Below, piece after piece: positions 8,705 to 15,929 of a stretch of 36,264 nucleotides of DNA. Position numbers and translations under genes: made by a program. Position 1 is the first letter of the stretch. Every line of letters begins with the position of its first letter. The stretch comes from a virus. Its lineage: Duplodnaviria; Caudoviricetes. Under the pieces are notes generated by a model. It was not told the DNA's origin. It saw only the letters and a list, made by a program, of their open reading frames with translations, and searched no databases. The stretch is from IMG/VR virus record IMGVR_UViG_3300005805_000229, positions 1-36,264 of that record; one strand, 5' to 3'.

Positions 8705-10207
8705 TTAATAGTAAGCCGTTGACCGGCGTCTCCATTGTGTTGGCGAGTCCTCTTCATCGCTTGGCAGCGTGATAAACCCACCGTTTCTAAACCGCAGTAA
8801 CGCCTGCGTCATCGTGTCCACGTAGTCGTCGTGCTCTCCAACCGGAAAGGCCACAACTTCTTCGATAACATCCTTAGCCCACCGCCTATCAGGCGCCCAA
8901 ACCGTCCCTGACGCAAACAAATCTGATACGGCGTTTACTCGTGCGATCTTGTCGTTGCCCCGGCTTGGCGTGAACTCATCCACCGGTATACCCATTCTTC
9001 TTAGTTCTTGTATCAGCGGCGCTCCTGCTGCTTTTTTCTCCACCAGAAACGCATCGGGGTTCCAATCTTTGTAATGCTTAAGCGCTACTTCTTTTAGTTC
9101 TGGAAACTCCATCCGATCTTTAAACGCATCCAGTAGGATGACGCTAGGCCGATTGTTTTCCTCCTCGTTATACCAAACGCCCCACGTTGTGCAGGCCGTA
9201 TAGTCGCTGGTGGTCTTGGCTTCATGCGCCGTATCCCAGCTCTGTATAATGAACTCACACTGTGGAGGATCTTCCGGCTCCCAAATGCGCCAGTGTTGGC
9301 GTTTAATGAACGCGGCTGAGTCCAGCGTTGGCTGCTGCATGTACTGAGCGTTCCAGTACCGTGCGTCCATGTTGGCTTTCTTGGCTTCTAACTGCTCCAC
9401 AGGCCACTGCTCAGGCCATAAGCTTTTGCCGGAGGGCAAAATCGCTGGCAGCTCCACCACTTCCCACTGATCTGAGTCAGGGTTTCGCATCTGATAGTTA
9501 ATTAGCCGCCCCGTCAGGTCCACCAACGACCAGCGCGTCATAATCACAATAATTGCGCCGTTTGGCATCAGTCGCTGGAGCGGACCTGTTTGGAACCAAG
9601 ACCAAGCATTATCGAATGTAGCTCGGCTGTTAGCTTTAATGTCTTGCTCGGAATGTGGGTCGTCAATAACGAAAAGATCGGCACCGCGACCAGCCAAAGC
9701 ACCACCAACACCAACAGCGTAGTACTGACCGCCAGCACCAGTAGACCATTTTCCTGCAGCTTTTTGATCATCTGCGACCAAAGTTTTTGGAAATATCTGC
9801 TTGTACTCATCGGAATCAATCAAATTTCGCACCCGCCTACCAAAGTCTTCTGACAGACCTGCAGTGTGCGTCGCCATAATTATCTTTTTCTCTGGGTACT
9901 GGCCCAGAAACCACGCCGGGAACAGGTAAGAACTGAACTCAGACTTACCCATACGGGGTGCGATATTGATAATCACACGCTTTTTGACCCCGTTTGCGAT
10001 GTCTTGAAAGATTTTCGCTAGTTTCCTGTGGTGCGGACCCTCTTTGAACCCAGGGTAGATCGCATGGGCAAAGGAAATCATACTGTTTTGCGCCAGTTTT
10101 AGCTTGGCACGACGTTCCTGCTCCTCCAACTCCTCCAAAAACTCAATTTTTTGGTGTGGGGTCAGCGTTTTAAGTAACGCATTTATCTCTGCGTTACTCA
10201 GTTTCAT
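8705..10207 (-). CDS. terL: Terminase large subunit
   Basis: Walker A APRMGKS, Walker B LFVIDDP, motif IMTRW, nuclease residues SWDTA and HDDYVD. Confidence 0.95.
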   Translation of the reverse strand: MKLSNAEINALLKTLTPHQKIEFLEELEEQERRAKLKLAQNSMISFAHAIYPGFKEGPHHRKLAKIFQDIANGVKKRVIINIAPRMGKSEFSSYLFPAWFLGQYPEKKIIMATHTAGLSEDFGRRVRNLIDSDEYKQIFPKTLVADDQKAAGKWSTGAGGQYYAVGVGGALAGRGADLFVIDDPHSEQDIKANSRATFDNAWSWFQTGPLQRLMPNGAIIVIMTRWSLVDLTGRLINYQMRNPDSDQWEVVELPAILPSGKSLWPEQWPVEQLEAKKANMDARYWNAQYMQQPTLDSAAFIKRQHWRIWEPEDPPQCEFIIQSWDTAHEAKTTSDYTACTTWGVWYNEEENNRPSVILLDAFKDRMEFPELKEVALKHYKDWNPDAFLVEKKAAGAPLIQELRRMGIPVDEFTPSRGNDKIARVNAVSDLFASGTVWAPDRRWAKDVIEEVVAFPVGEHDDYVDTMTQALLRFRNGGFITLPSDEEDSPTQWRRRSTAYY

Positions 10208-10814
10208 TCTTTTCTTCCTTGACTTCTACGTCCTCAGCGTCTGCGTTGCGTTCTTCGCGCTCAGTAGCCTCAGCCTCCACGGTCTTTTGTAGTTGGGCCA
10301 GCTTCTCACGGATCTTCTCGTCCAGTTCTTCGTCGTTAAGCTCTTCTTTCTTCACGCTTACGCGCTCTGTGAACAGTCCGATCTCAGTAACTTTACCCAA
10401 AAGCTCAATTGCTTTTAGCCTTATGCGGGCATCAGGGTGCTCCATTTCTTCTACCAACTGCGCTACCGCCTTACCCCTGATCTTTCCCGCCTCCTCCACG
10501 AACTGCCAGTCATATGCGGACAACATAGTTACTAGCTTACGAACCGCCGGAGGCGTGGTTACGTTGGCTACAGCGGTTTTGGGGTCGGGGGCGCCCGTGG
10601 TCAGCGCGGTAAATGCTTCTCTGGCGGCCGCAGCTTGGGCAGTCTGCTCAATTTCTTCGTCGTCTTCGGCGCCCAGCTCCTTTAGCCAGTCTGCCGTGTT
10701 GACCTGCGCTTGTAACAAATCAGCAGCTTGCACCTTTTTGAAAGGGACAAAGCTTTCGTCGGGTGCGTCTAGCACCTCGGGTTCGTACTCAATCTGTTGT
10801 AAATGGTCTAACAA
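10194..10814 (-). CDS. Putative terminase small subunit
   Basis: Directly upstream of and overlapping terL. RLKAIELLGK motif and coiled-coil end. Likely start is the TTG at 10814 (MLDHL) with SD GGGAG; the track extends it to 10886. Confidence 0.65.
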   Translation of the reverse strand: MLDHLQQIEYEPEVLDAPDESFVPFKKVQAADLLQAQVNTADWLKELGAEDDEEIEQTAQAAAAREAFTALTTGAPDPKTAVANVTTPPAVRKLVTMLSAYDWQFVEEAGKIRGKAVAQLVEEMEHPDARIRLKAIELLGKVTEIGLFTERVSVKKEELNDEELDEKIREKLAQLQKTVEAEATEREERNADAEDVEVKEEKNETE

Positions 10815-10839
10815 AGCGGGGGTCTCCCGTAAGCAGGGC

Positions 10840-10867
10840 TTGCACCCAGTTGGGCGGAGTGTATACT
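10840..10867 (+). promoter_or_regulatory. Sigma70-like promoter for the candidate sRNA
   Basis: TTGCAC (10840-45), 16-nt spacer, TATACT (10862-67). Confidence 0.5.
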
Positions 10868-10870
10868 CGG

Positions 10871-10962
10871 ACCTGACAACCCGCAAGGGGGGTCACTGTT
10901 TGTATGTCTCCTTCTGGCTATCAGCCTTTGTCCCCAGTTCTTGTCACTGGGGACTTTTTTTT
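10871..10962 (+). ncRNA. Candidate small regulatory RNA with an anti-Shine-Dalgarno seed
   Basis: Promoter upstream; 5' hairpin TGAC-AA-CCC-GCAA-GGG-GG-GTCA (10874-95); unpaired GTTTGTATGTCTCCTT (10898-913); intrinsic terminator at the 3' end. No credible + strand ORF. Confidence 0.55.
10930..10962 (+). terminator. Rho-independent terminator
   Basis: GTCCCCAGT-tcttgtc-ACTGGGGAC (perfect 9-bp stem) followed by T8. Confidence 0.85.
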
Positions 10963-10972
10963 ACCCCTACTT

Positions 10973-10988
10973 TGTCAAATCTTTGACA
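10973..10988. promoter_or_regulatory. Operator family A, copy 1 (TGTCAAA-N2-TTTGACA)
   Basis: Perfect palindrome TGTCAAA-TC-TTTGACA; the same arms recur at 12004 and 16470. Confidence 0.7.
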
Positions 10989-11222
10989 ATTTTTACTATA
11001 ATTTTTATAGAAATTTTTAGCATATCTGTTTCCCTCCTTCAGACTTATTTATGCGTTTGAGGGGGTGGGGGTAAATTTACTTTCGTTTTACAAAGTTGGC
11101 TGTGCGGTTGTGGAATAGTGATCTGTCTACGCCGCCACGCCGTCAACATATTTGGGGGGCTGGGTATGGGTGGGGTTGCAGAATCGCAAATACGCTAAAC
11201 AAGCGATAGCAACTAAGCCTAA

Positions 11223-11231
11223 TGGTATAAT
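11223..11231 (+). promoter_or_regulatory. Extended -10 early promoter
   Basis: TG-G-TATAAT, a perfect TGn plus -10, about 105 nt upstream of the first + strand gene. Confidence 0.65.
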
Positions 11232-11268
11232 AGATGTATCGGTTGGCAGGGTTGCCAGCCGTTGCGAT

Positions 11269-11297
11269 GCCGAGCCGCTTTGCTCGGCTTTTTGTTT
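11269..11297 (+). terminator. Leader terminator/attenuator-like hairpin
   Basis: GCCGAGC-cgcttt-GCTCGGC followed by TTTTTGTTT, between the promoter and the first early gene. Confidence 0.55.
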
Positions 11298-11314
11298 GGG
11301 ACATTTGTTCCAAA
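11295..11314. promoter_or_regulatory. Palindrome family B, copy 1 (TTGGGACA-N2-TGTCCCAA)
   Basis: TTTGGGACA-TT-TGTTCCAAA, one mismatch, about 10 nt before the SD of the 11337 gene. Confidence 0.6.
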
Positions 11315-11336
11315 CTTATTTACAGGAGATACAAGC

Positions 11337-11750
11337 ATGAAAACAAAATCATCAATTCGTTTGGCTTACCGCAATTTCCTGCACGCTGGCCGCGATATGC
11401 GTAACGAGTTACAGAAACATCTCGTGCGAGGTAAGTTGCCTGCGAGCATCGTTGCAGACTTAGCCGAGGAACACGCGGAGTGCTACAAGTGCCACGCTCA
11501 CAAGACGGAGTCAGGCGCATGGAGATTCTCCAAAGATGTTGATGACACTACGAGCGCGAACAGGCATGAGGCGGCTACTAAACAATGGAACCGCGTCATC
11601 GCTCCACTCACGGGGCAAGCCAAGAGCAAGCAAGGCGGAGCACGATACAAAAGCGAAAAGGAGTTGATGAGCCAGCGCGACTTTGTGCTCAAAGCCTTTA
11701 AGTTGTTGTCAGCAGCAGATCGCAAGTGGGTTATCGCCAATGCTTCGTAA
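11337..11750 (+). CDS. Early hypothetical protein
   Basis: Likely start is the ATG at 11337 (MKTKSSIRL) after AGGAG; 137 aa, basic. Confidence 0.75.
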   Translation: MKTKSSIRLAYRNFLHAGRDMRNELQKHLVRGKLPASIVADLAEEHAECYKCHAHKTESGAWRFSKDVDDTTSANRHEAATKQWNRVIAPLTGQAKSKQGGARYKSEKELMSQRDFVLKAFKLLSAADRKWVIANAS

Positions 11751-11766
11751 TAGTTTGTTTGCAGTA

Positions 11767-11792
11767 GGCTTTGGGACAGATGTCCCAAAGCC
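11767..11792. promoter_or_regulatory. Palindrome family B, copy 2
   Basis: GGCTTTGGGACA-GA-TGTCCCAAAGCC with perfect 12-bp arms; intergenic, just before SD AAGGAG. Confidence 0.7.
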
Positions 11793-11815
11793 ATTAACTT
11801 GTTAAGGAGAACGAC

Positions 11816-11977
11816 ATGAGCAAGACATACAAAGATGTTGTTAAGTTGTTTGACACAACGAAAGCCAAGAAGCGGGAGGGCGGGGCTTCTGCGCGATTCA
11901 AAGCCGAGCGCAAACGCAAAGATGAACGGAAACTTTTCCGCTTCACCACATGGCTTGAAAAGACTGCACAAGATTGA
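11816..11977 (+). CDS. Small basic early protein (53 aa)
   Basis: Below the track cutoff. SD AAGGAG, then MSKTYKDVVKLFDTTKAKKREGGASARFKAERKRKDERKLFRFTTWLEKTAQD. Confidence 0.7.
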   Translation: MSKTYKDVVKLFDTTKAKKREGGASARFKAERKRKDERKLFRFTTWLEKTAQD

Positions 11978-12003
11978 TTCCTACCAACTTGTTAACAGGA
12001 GGA

Positions 12004-12019
12004 TGTCAAAACTTTGACA
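12004..12019. promoter_or_regulatory. Operator family A, copy 2
   Basis: TGTCAAA-AC-TTTGACA, adjacent to the origin-like repeats. Confidence 0.7.
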
Positions 12020-12027
12020 AATGACAA

Positions 12028-12333
12028 ATGTCCACTATGTCCACTTGCAATTTTTTTTCTGGACGCCCGCAAACCCGCGCCAATACTAGCGCTGTCCACT
12101 TACTATCCTATATATCTATCTTTTTATAAATTACTTATGTATGTATGGGTTAGTTGACTTATGGACACACTTTCAAAGAAAGTTTTTGTTCCTTTGAAGT
12201 TGTATTGTTTTTTTCAAAATGCTGGGTATCATGGACGCTAACACCTCCAAGCCAAGCCCCATAAGGCTTACAGCGCGTCCAATAAAAAAAAGCCAAGTGG
12301 ACAAAGTGGACATCGCCGGAAAAAAGTGGACAT
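12028..12333. repeat. Inverted iteron-like array around an AT-rich core; candidate replication origin
   Basis: TGTCCACT at 12029, 12038 and 12093; AAGTGGACA at 12295, 12304 and 12324. Segments 12028-66 and 12275-313 form a 39-bp inverted repeat (33 of 39 matching by hand). AT-rich core at about 12100-12220. Confidence 0.65.
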
Positions 12334-12349
12334 TTTCAAGGAGCACCGC

Positions 12350-12715
12350 ATGGAAAACACCGTTTGCCCCGTCTGTAAAACCGCAAAGCCCCGCAAGGAC
12401 TTCAAACGCATGGCTACGCTATCTCAAACGAAAGCATGGCTACGCAACCCCCTTGCATCCAAACGAATGACCTACATCGGAAAGGAGTGTAACGAATGCC
12501 ATAAACAAACTAAGAGGAAGCAACATCAAATCACCCCCGCAGAACTCCGCAAGCGTCTGATCAACGAAGGTGTGAATCTTCTGAAGATCGAAGCAACACT
12601 TGCAAGGCGCAAAGCTCTGGTCACCAAAAAGAAAAGTGCGGTGGCTCGGCGCACGCTACGCAAGCGCTATGCGCTTACGGGTGTCAAAAAGAATTCTTCA
12701 TCTCAAGAAAGGTAG
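12350..12715 (+). CDS. Basic zinc-finger protein
   Basis: Start ATG at 12350 after AAGGAG. CPVC...CNEC; very Lys/Arg-rich; 121 aa. Confidence 0.7.
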   Translation: MENTVCPVCKTAKPRKDFKRMATLSQTKAWLRNPLASKRMTYIGKECNECHKQTKRKQHQITPAELRKRLINEGVNLLKIEATLARRKALVTKKKSAVARRTLRKRYALTGVKKNSSSQER

Positions 12716-12725
12716 GGCCGAAATC

Positions 12726-12905
12726 ATGTTGTCAAAACAAAACCAAGCCATTCTTCTCATGGCTAAAACAAAACCGTTTAAAGATAAACCTAAACAAAAG
12801 ATTGGGACATCTGTCCCAAACCAACAAGACGAAGCCCAAGCGCAGGCTGAATGGGTGCGGTTCAAGTCCGAGTGCGTGTTGCTCAAAGGAAGGAGAAGCA
12901 AATGA
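12726..12905 (+). CDS. Small hypothetical protein
   Basis: Likely start is the ATG at 12726 (MLSKQNQAIL), 59 aa; ATGA-coupled to the next ORF. Confidence 0.55.
   Translation: MLSKQNQAILLMAKTKPFKDKPKQKIGTSVPNQQDEAQAQAEWVRFKSECVLLKGRRSK
12802..12819. promoter_or_regulatory. Palindrome family B, copy 3
   Basis: TTGGGACA-TC-TGTCCCAA, perfect; lies inside the 12726 ORF. Confidence 0.6.
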
Positions 12906-12994
12906 TGAAAGCAAAGTATTTGCTGGAAGGGCTGGCGCTGTTGTGTTCTTACGGCGCCATTGTGTTGTTGACTTATTGGATCGTAAACCTGTGA
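12902..12994 (+). CDS. 30-aa single-transmembrane peptide
   Basis: SD AAGGAG, then MMKAKYLLEGLALLCSYGAIVLLTYWIVNL. Not in the track. Confidence 0.6.
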   Translation: MMKAKYLLEGLALLCSYGAIVLLTYWIVNL

Positions 12995-13006
12995 AGGAGG
13001 TGTGAA

Positions 13007-14476
13007 ATGAGTAACGATACTCGCAGTATGTTGTTACAAAGATTGGGTAAAGCGCTTGAAACAAATGTATCGCACGAATCAACTGCTTTCCCAAACCCTG
13101 AGTTGAGCTGGGATCAGGTCAACCTGTTGCGTGCACTACATAAGATGGCGCACAAACGCGCTGACTTGCTCGTGTCTCTGTTGGCTAAGGTGCACAGTCA
13201 CTTTACTTTATCGCATGACAAAGTGCGCGCTTGGTTAAAGCTTCTGTGCACCCAAGCGCAGACTCGGTATGCCTTGGCCCTGTTCGATTCACGGACTGGG
13301 CATATGCGCAATATATCGCGCTCGTATCAAAGCAGCATACGCAGTTACATTTCTTATCTCGTTGCGTTTGATGAGCAAGATGAGATCCATGATCTTCTTG
13401 AAGACGAGTTTGTGACTTGCGATGACTGCGGTGAGTGGGAGGCGCGTGATGAAACTACCGAGCCGTATAACAGTTGCGCTAGTGTCTGCCGTTCGTGCCT
13501 TGAGAATGAATATGAATACTCAAGCTATTACGATGCGTATGTTGATAACGAGAACTCACGGACTGCGATTGATCGGGATGGTAGTGAGGTCACCATTCAT
13601 TGCGATGACGAGGACTTTGAGTGGAGTGATGACGAAGACTGCTATGTTCATTGCGAGTATGGTGGGCGTGTCATCAGCGGTTATCATTCATCGAAGAGTA
13701 GCTTCATGCCTATCCAATCTGAGTGGACTAAAGCCAACTCGTTCTATGTAACCAAGCCGCTTAACTTATCAGAGCAGGGTATGCGTTACGAGCGGTTCTT
13801 TGGCGTTGAGCTTGAGGTTGAGGTGCGCAATGATCGCACCGAACACGCACGAACACTCAACGATGCGCTTAACAATGGCAAGATGGGTCATCGTTGCTTC
13901 TTTGAGAATGATGGCTCGTTGTCCAATGGCTTTGAGATCATCACGCAACCGATGGGTCTTGATATGCACGAGTCGTTTTGGGAGTGGGTCAAGAAGCCAC
14001 ACCTGTTGCGCGGCCTATCATCGCACAACACCAGCACTTGCGGTCTTCATGTCCACGTAACACGCGCTGGCCTATCCAAGTTGCAGCTCTCAAAGATGGT
14101 GGCGTTTGTCAATCACCCTGACAATCGTGCATTGATCGAGGCTGTTGCTCGCAGATATGGTAGTGACTACGCTAGGTATTACTCAAGCAAACGAGTTGGC
14201 AATGCGTTGCGTGGTGACACCAACAGATACGAGGCACTCAACATCGAGTCACGCAAGACTGTTGAGTTTCGTATGTTCAAAGGTTCGCTGAAGTATGAGT
14301 CGATCCTGTCTGCGGTGCAGTTTGCAAATGCCTTGGTCAACTTCTGTAGCGATCAGTCAGGCTATGGGTTCAAGCTTGACACCAAGTCTTTCTTGCAGTT
14401 TCTCGCCCACCCCACGATTGCCAATGACACCAAGATCTTGCGCAATTACATCGACAACAGACTTGAAACACTTTAA
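13007..14476 (+). CDS. Putative amidoligase (COOH-NH2 ligase, Amidoligase_2-like) with N-terminal Cys/acidic region
   Basis: FGVELEVE, ENDGSL, FEIIT, TCGLHVHV, RYEALN and TVEFRMF are the glutamine-synthetase-fold ligase motifs. CDDC/CRSC pairs lie upstream. SD AAGGAGG. Confidence 0.85.
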   Translation: MSNDTRSMLLQRLGKALETNVSHESTAFPNPELSWDQVNLLRALHKMAHKRADLLVSLLAKVHSHFTLSHDKVRAWLKLLCTQAQTRYALALFDSRTGHMRNISRSYQSSIRSYISYLVAFDEQDEIHDLLEDEFVTCDDCGEWEARDETTEPYNSCASVCRSCLENEYEYSSYYDAYVDNENSRTAIDRDGSEVTIHCDDEDFEWSDDEDCYVHCEYGGRVISGYHSSKSSFMPIQSEWTKANSFYVTKPLNLSEQGMRYERFFGVELEVEVRNDRTEHARTLNDALNNGKMGHRCFFENDGSLSNGFEIITQPMGLDMHESFWEWVKKPHLLRGLSSHNTSTCGLHVHVTRAGLSKLQLSKMVAFVNHPDNRALIEAVARRYGSDYARYYSSKRVGNALRGDTNRYEALNIESRKTVEFRMFKGSLKYESILSAVQFANALVNFCSDQSGYGFKLDTKSFLQFLAHPTIANDTKILRNYIDNRLETL

Positions 14477-14500
14477 TCATAATCAAAAGGAGCATACACT

Positions 14501-15409
14501 ATGTGCATACTAATTCATCACACCGCAGAGACTTCGTTCTCTGATGCAGTTCTCCGCGACTTCTACGCACACAACCCCGATGGCTTCGGCATCATGTTTG
14601 GCGATGGCAAAAAGATCCATGTCACCAAATCTCTCGGTAGCGTGGACGAAACCATTGCGCTGTATCGTGACATCGCTGAGGGGCGTGAGTGCATCTTGCA
14701 CTACCGCATGAAAACCCACGGCAACATCGACACAGCCAACTGCCATCCGTATCGCATCACCGATGATCTATGGCTGTCGCACAACGGCATCTTGTCTGCT
14801 GGCAATCCCATACGCAAAGAGATGTCAGACACTTGGCACATGATCGAATACATTCTCAGACCGATCGCTGAGTCGAATGTGGACTTGCTGTTTACCGAAG
14901 ACTTCCAAGAATATCTTGGCGAGATGATCGGTTCTAGCAACAAGTTTGCACTATGCCATGCCGATGGTCGCATTGCCGTTATCAATCGTGATGCTGGCGT
15001 TGAGCACTTCGGTGCTTGGCTATCTAACACCTACGCATGGTCTGCATCTAGTCATGGCTTTACTCACAAGGGCATCACCAACAGATGGGGTTCGTATTAC
15101 GACAGCTACGACTACGAATATGGCAGCGCATATGTTGGCAACATCAAAGCTAATGATGACAACGATGACAACAATAAGTTTGACTACGATGACATCATTC
15201 GTGATGTGCACAGATGCTATCTCAAAGGCCAAAGCAATGTGTTGAACTGGGTCTGCTTCAATCCAGAGAAAGCAAAGTATCTGCTTGGCGAGTGGTATGA
15301 GCTTGAACAACATGAAGTGCAATCACTTGTTGAAGATACACCAGAAGAAGCAGTTGAGTGGATTACTGATCTGTTTGTTAGTGATTCAGTAACGACACCA
15401 TTTCAATAA
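14501..15409 (+). CDS. Class II (Ntn) glutamine amidotransferase
   Basis: N-terminal nucleophile Cys2 (MCIL), NPDGFG, HYRMKTHG, NCHPY, HNG, SDT. Confidence 0.9.
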   Translation: MCILIHHTAETSFSDAVLRDFYAHNPDGFGIMFGDGKKIHVTKSLGSVDETIALYRDIAEGRECILHYRMKTHGNIDTANCHPYRITDDLWLSHNGILSAGNPIRKEMSDTWHMIEYILRPIAESNVDLLFTEDFQEYLGEMIGSSNKFALCHADGRIAVINRDAGVEHFGAWLSNTYAWSASSHGFTHKGITNRWGSYYDSYDYEYGSAYVGNIKANDDNDDNNKFDYDDIIRDVHRCYLKGQSNVLNWVCFNPEKAKYLLGEWYELEQHEVQSLVEDTPEEAVEWITDLFVSDSVTTPFQ

Positions 15410-15420
15410 AGGAGAAGCAA

Positions 15421-15621
15421 ATGAATGACACCAACAACTTCGTTTACTTAGTAATGCAGTATGACCCAAGCATGGGTAAAGAGTGGGTGATGTATGCATT
15501 CGATACGGTGGCCGAGGCAGAGGCGCAGGTGGACAAAGTCAACAAAGAGTTTGGCCCCAAGCCTGCGCTGCACTACTTCGTCAAAGCAGTTCGTTATTTC
15601 AGAAAGGAGGTGATGGTATGA
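15421..15621 (+). CDS. Hypothetical protein
   Basis: 66 aa; SD AAGGAG; ATGA overlap with the next gene. Confidence 0.7.
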   Translation: MNDTNNFVYLVMQYDPSMGKEWVMYAFDTVAEAEAQVDKVNKEFGPKPALHYFVKAVRYFRKEVMV

Positions 15622-15929
15622 AGATCAAGACGAGCGAATTAAGTGGTGCGCAGTTGGATCTTATGGTGGCGAAGTGCGAGGGTGTAGATAAGCAGGACTA
15701 TTACGAAACGCACAACGAACCTTATATGCCCTCAGTTGATTGGGCGCAGGGTGGGCCGATCATTGAACGGGAGCAGATTGATCTTGAAGTTTCACAAAAC
15801 GGTGAATGGGTGGCATTAGCGTTTCCCGTTGCTGAAAAGTTTGGTAAGACTCCCCTGATCGCCGCGATGCGCTGTTATGTCGCCAGCAAGCTAGGCGATG
15901 AGGTGGAGGTGCATCATGCCAGCACATGA
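15618..15929 (+). CDS. NinX/DUF2591-like phage protein
   Basis: Start at 15618 (MKIKTSELSGAQLD). PSVDWAQGGPIIERE and TPLIAAMRCYVASKLGDEVEV are typical of the family. Confidence 0.8.
   Translation: MKIKTSELSGAQLDLMVAKCEGVDKQDYYETHNEPYMPSVDWAQGGPIIEREQIDLEVSQNGEWVALAFPVAEKFGKTPLIAAMRCYVASKLGDEVEVHHAST

Noticed and set aside
10815-10886. N-terminal extension of terS given in the ORF track
   Set aside because: The TTG at 10886 has no SD at normal spacing, while the TTG at 10814 has GGGAG. The extension overlaps the + strand promoter and hairpin.
10789-10896. 35-aa minus-strand ORF from GTG with AAGGAG upstream; one fewer G in the G6 run would fuse it to terS
   Set aside because: SD spacing is long (11 nt), the peptide is unremarkable, and the GNRA loop and U tract point to the + strand. 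Not listed as a gene but kept as the alternative to the sRNA model.
10219-10986. 255-aa + strand ORF
   Set aside because: Ser-rich antisense shadow of the Glu-rich terS-like gene; no SD, and it runs through a terminator.
11835-12017. 60-aa ORF in the track
   Set aside because: The SD AAGGAG at 11804-09 fits the ATG at 11816 in another frame (53 aa), which is reported instead.
12028-12333. Short repeats considered as a CRISPR array or as transposon/MITE ends
   Set aside because: Repeats are 8-9 bp, inverted and irregularly spaced, with no unique spacers, transposase or target duplication.
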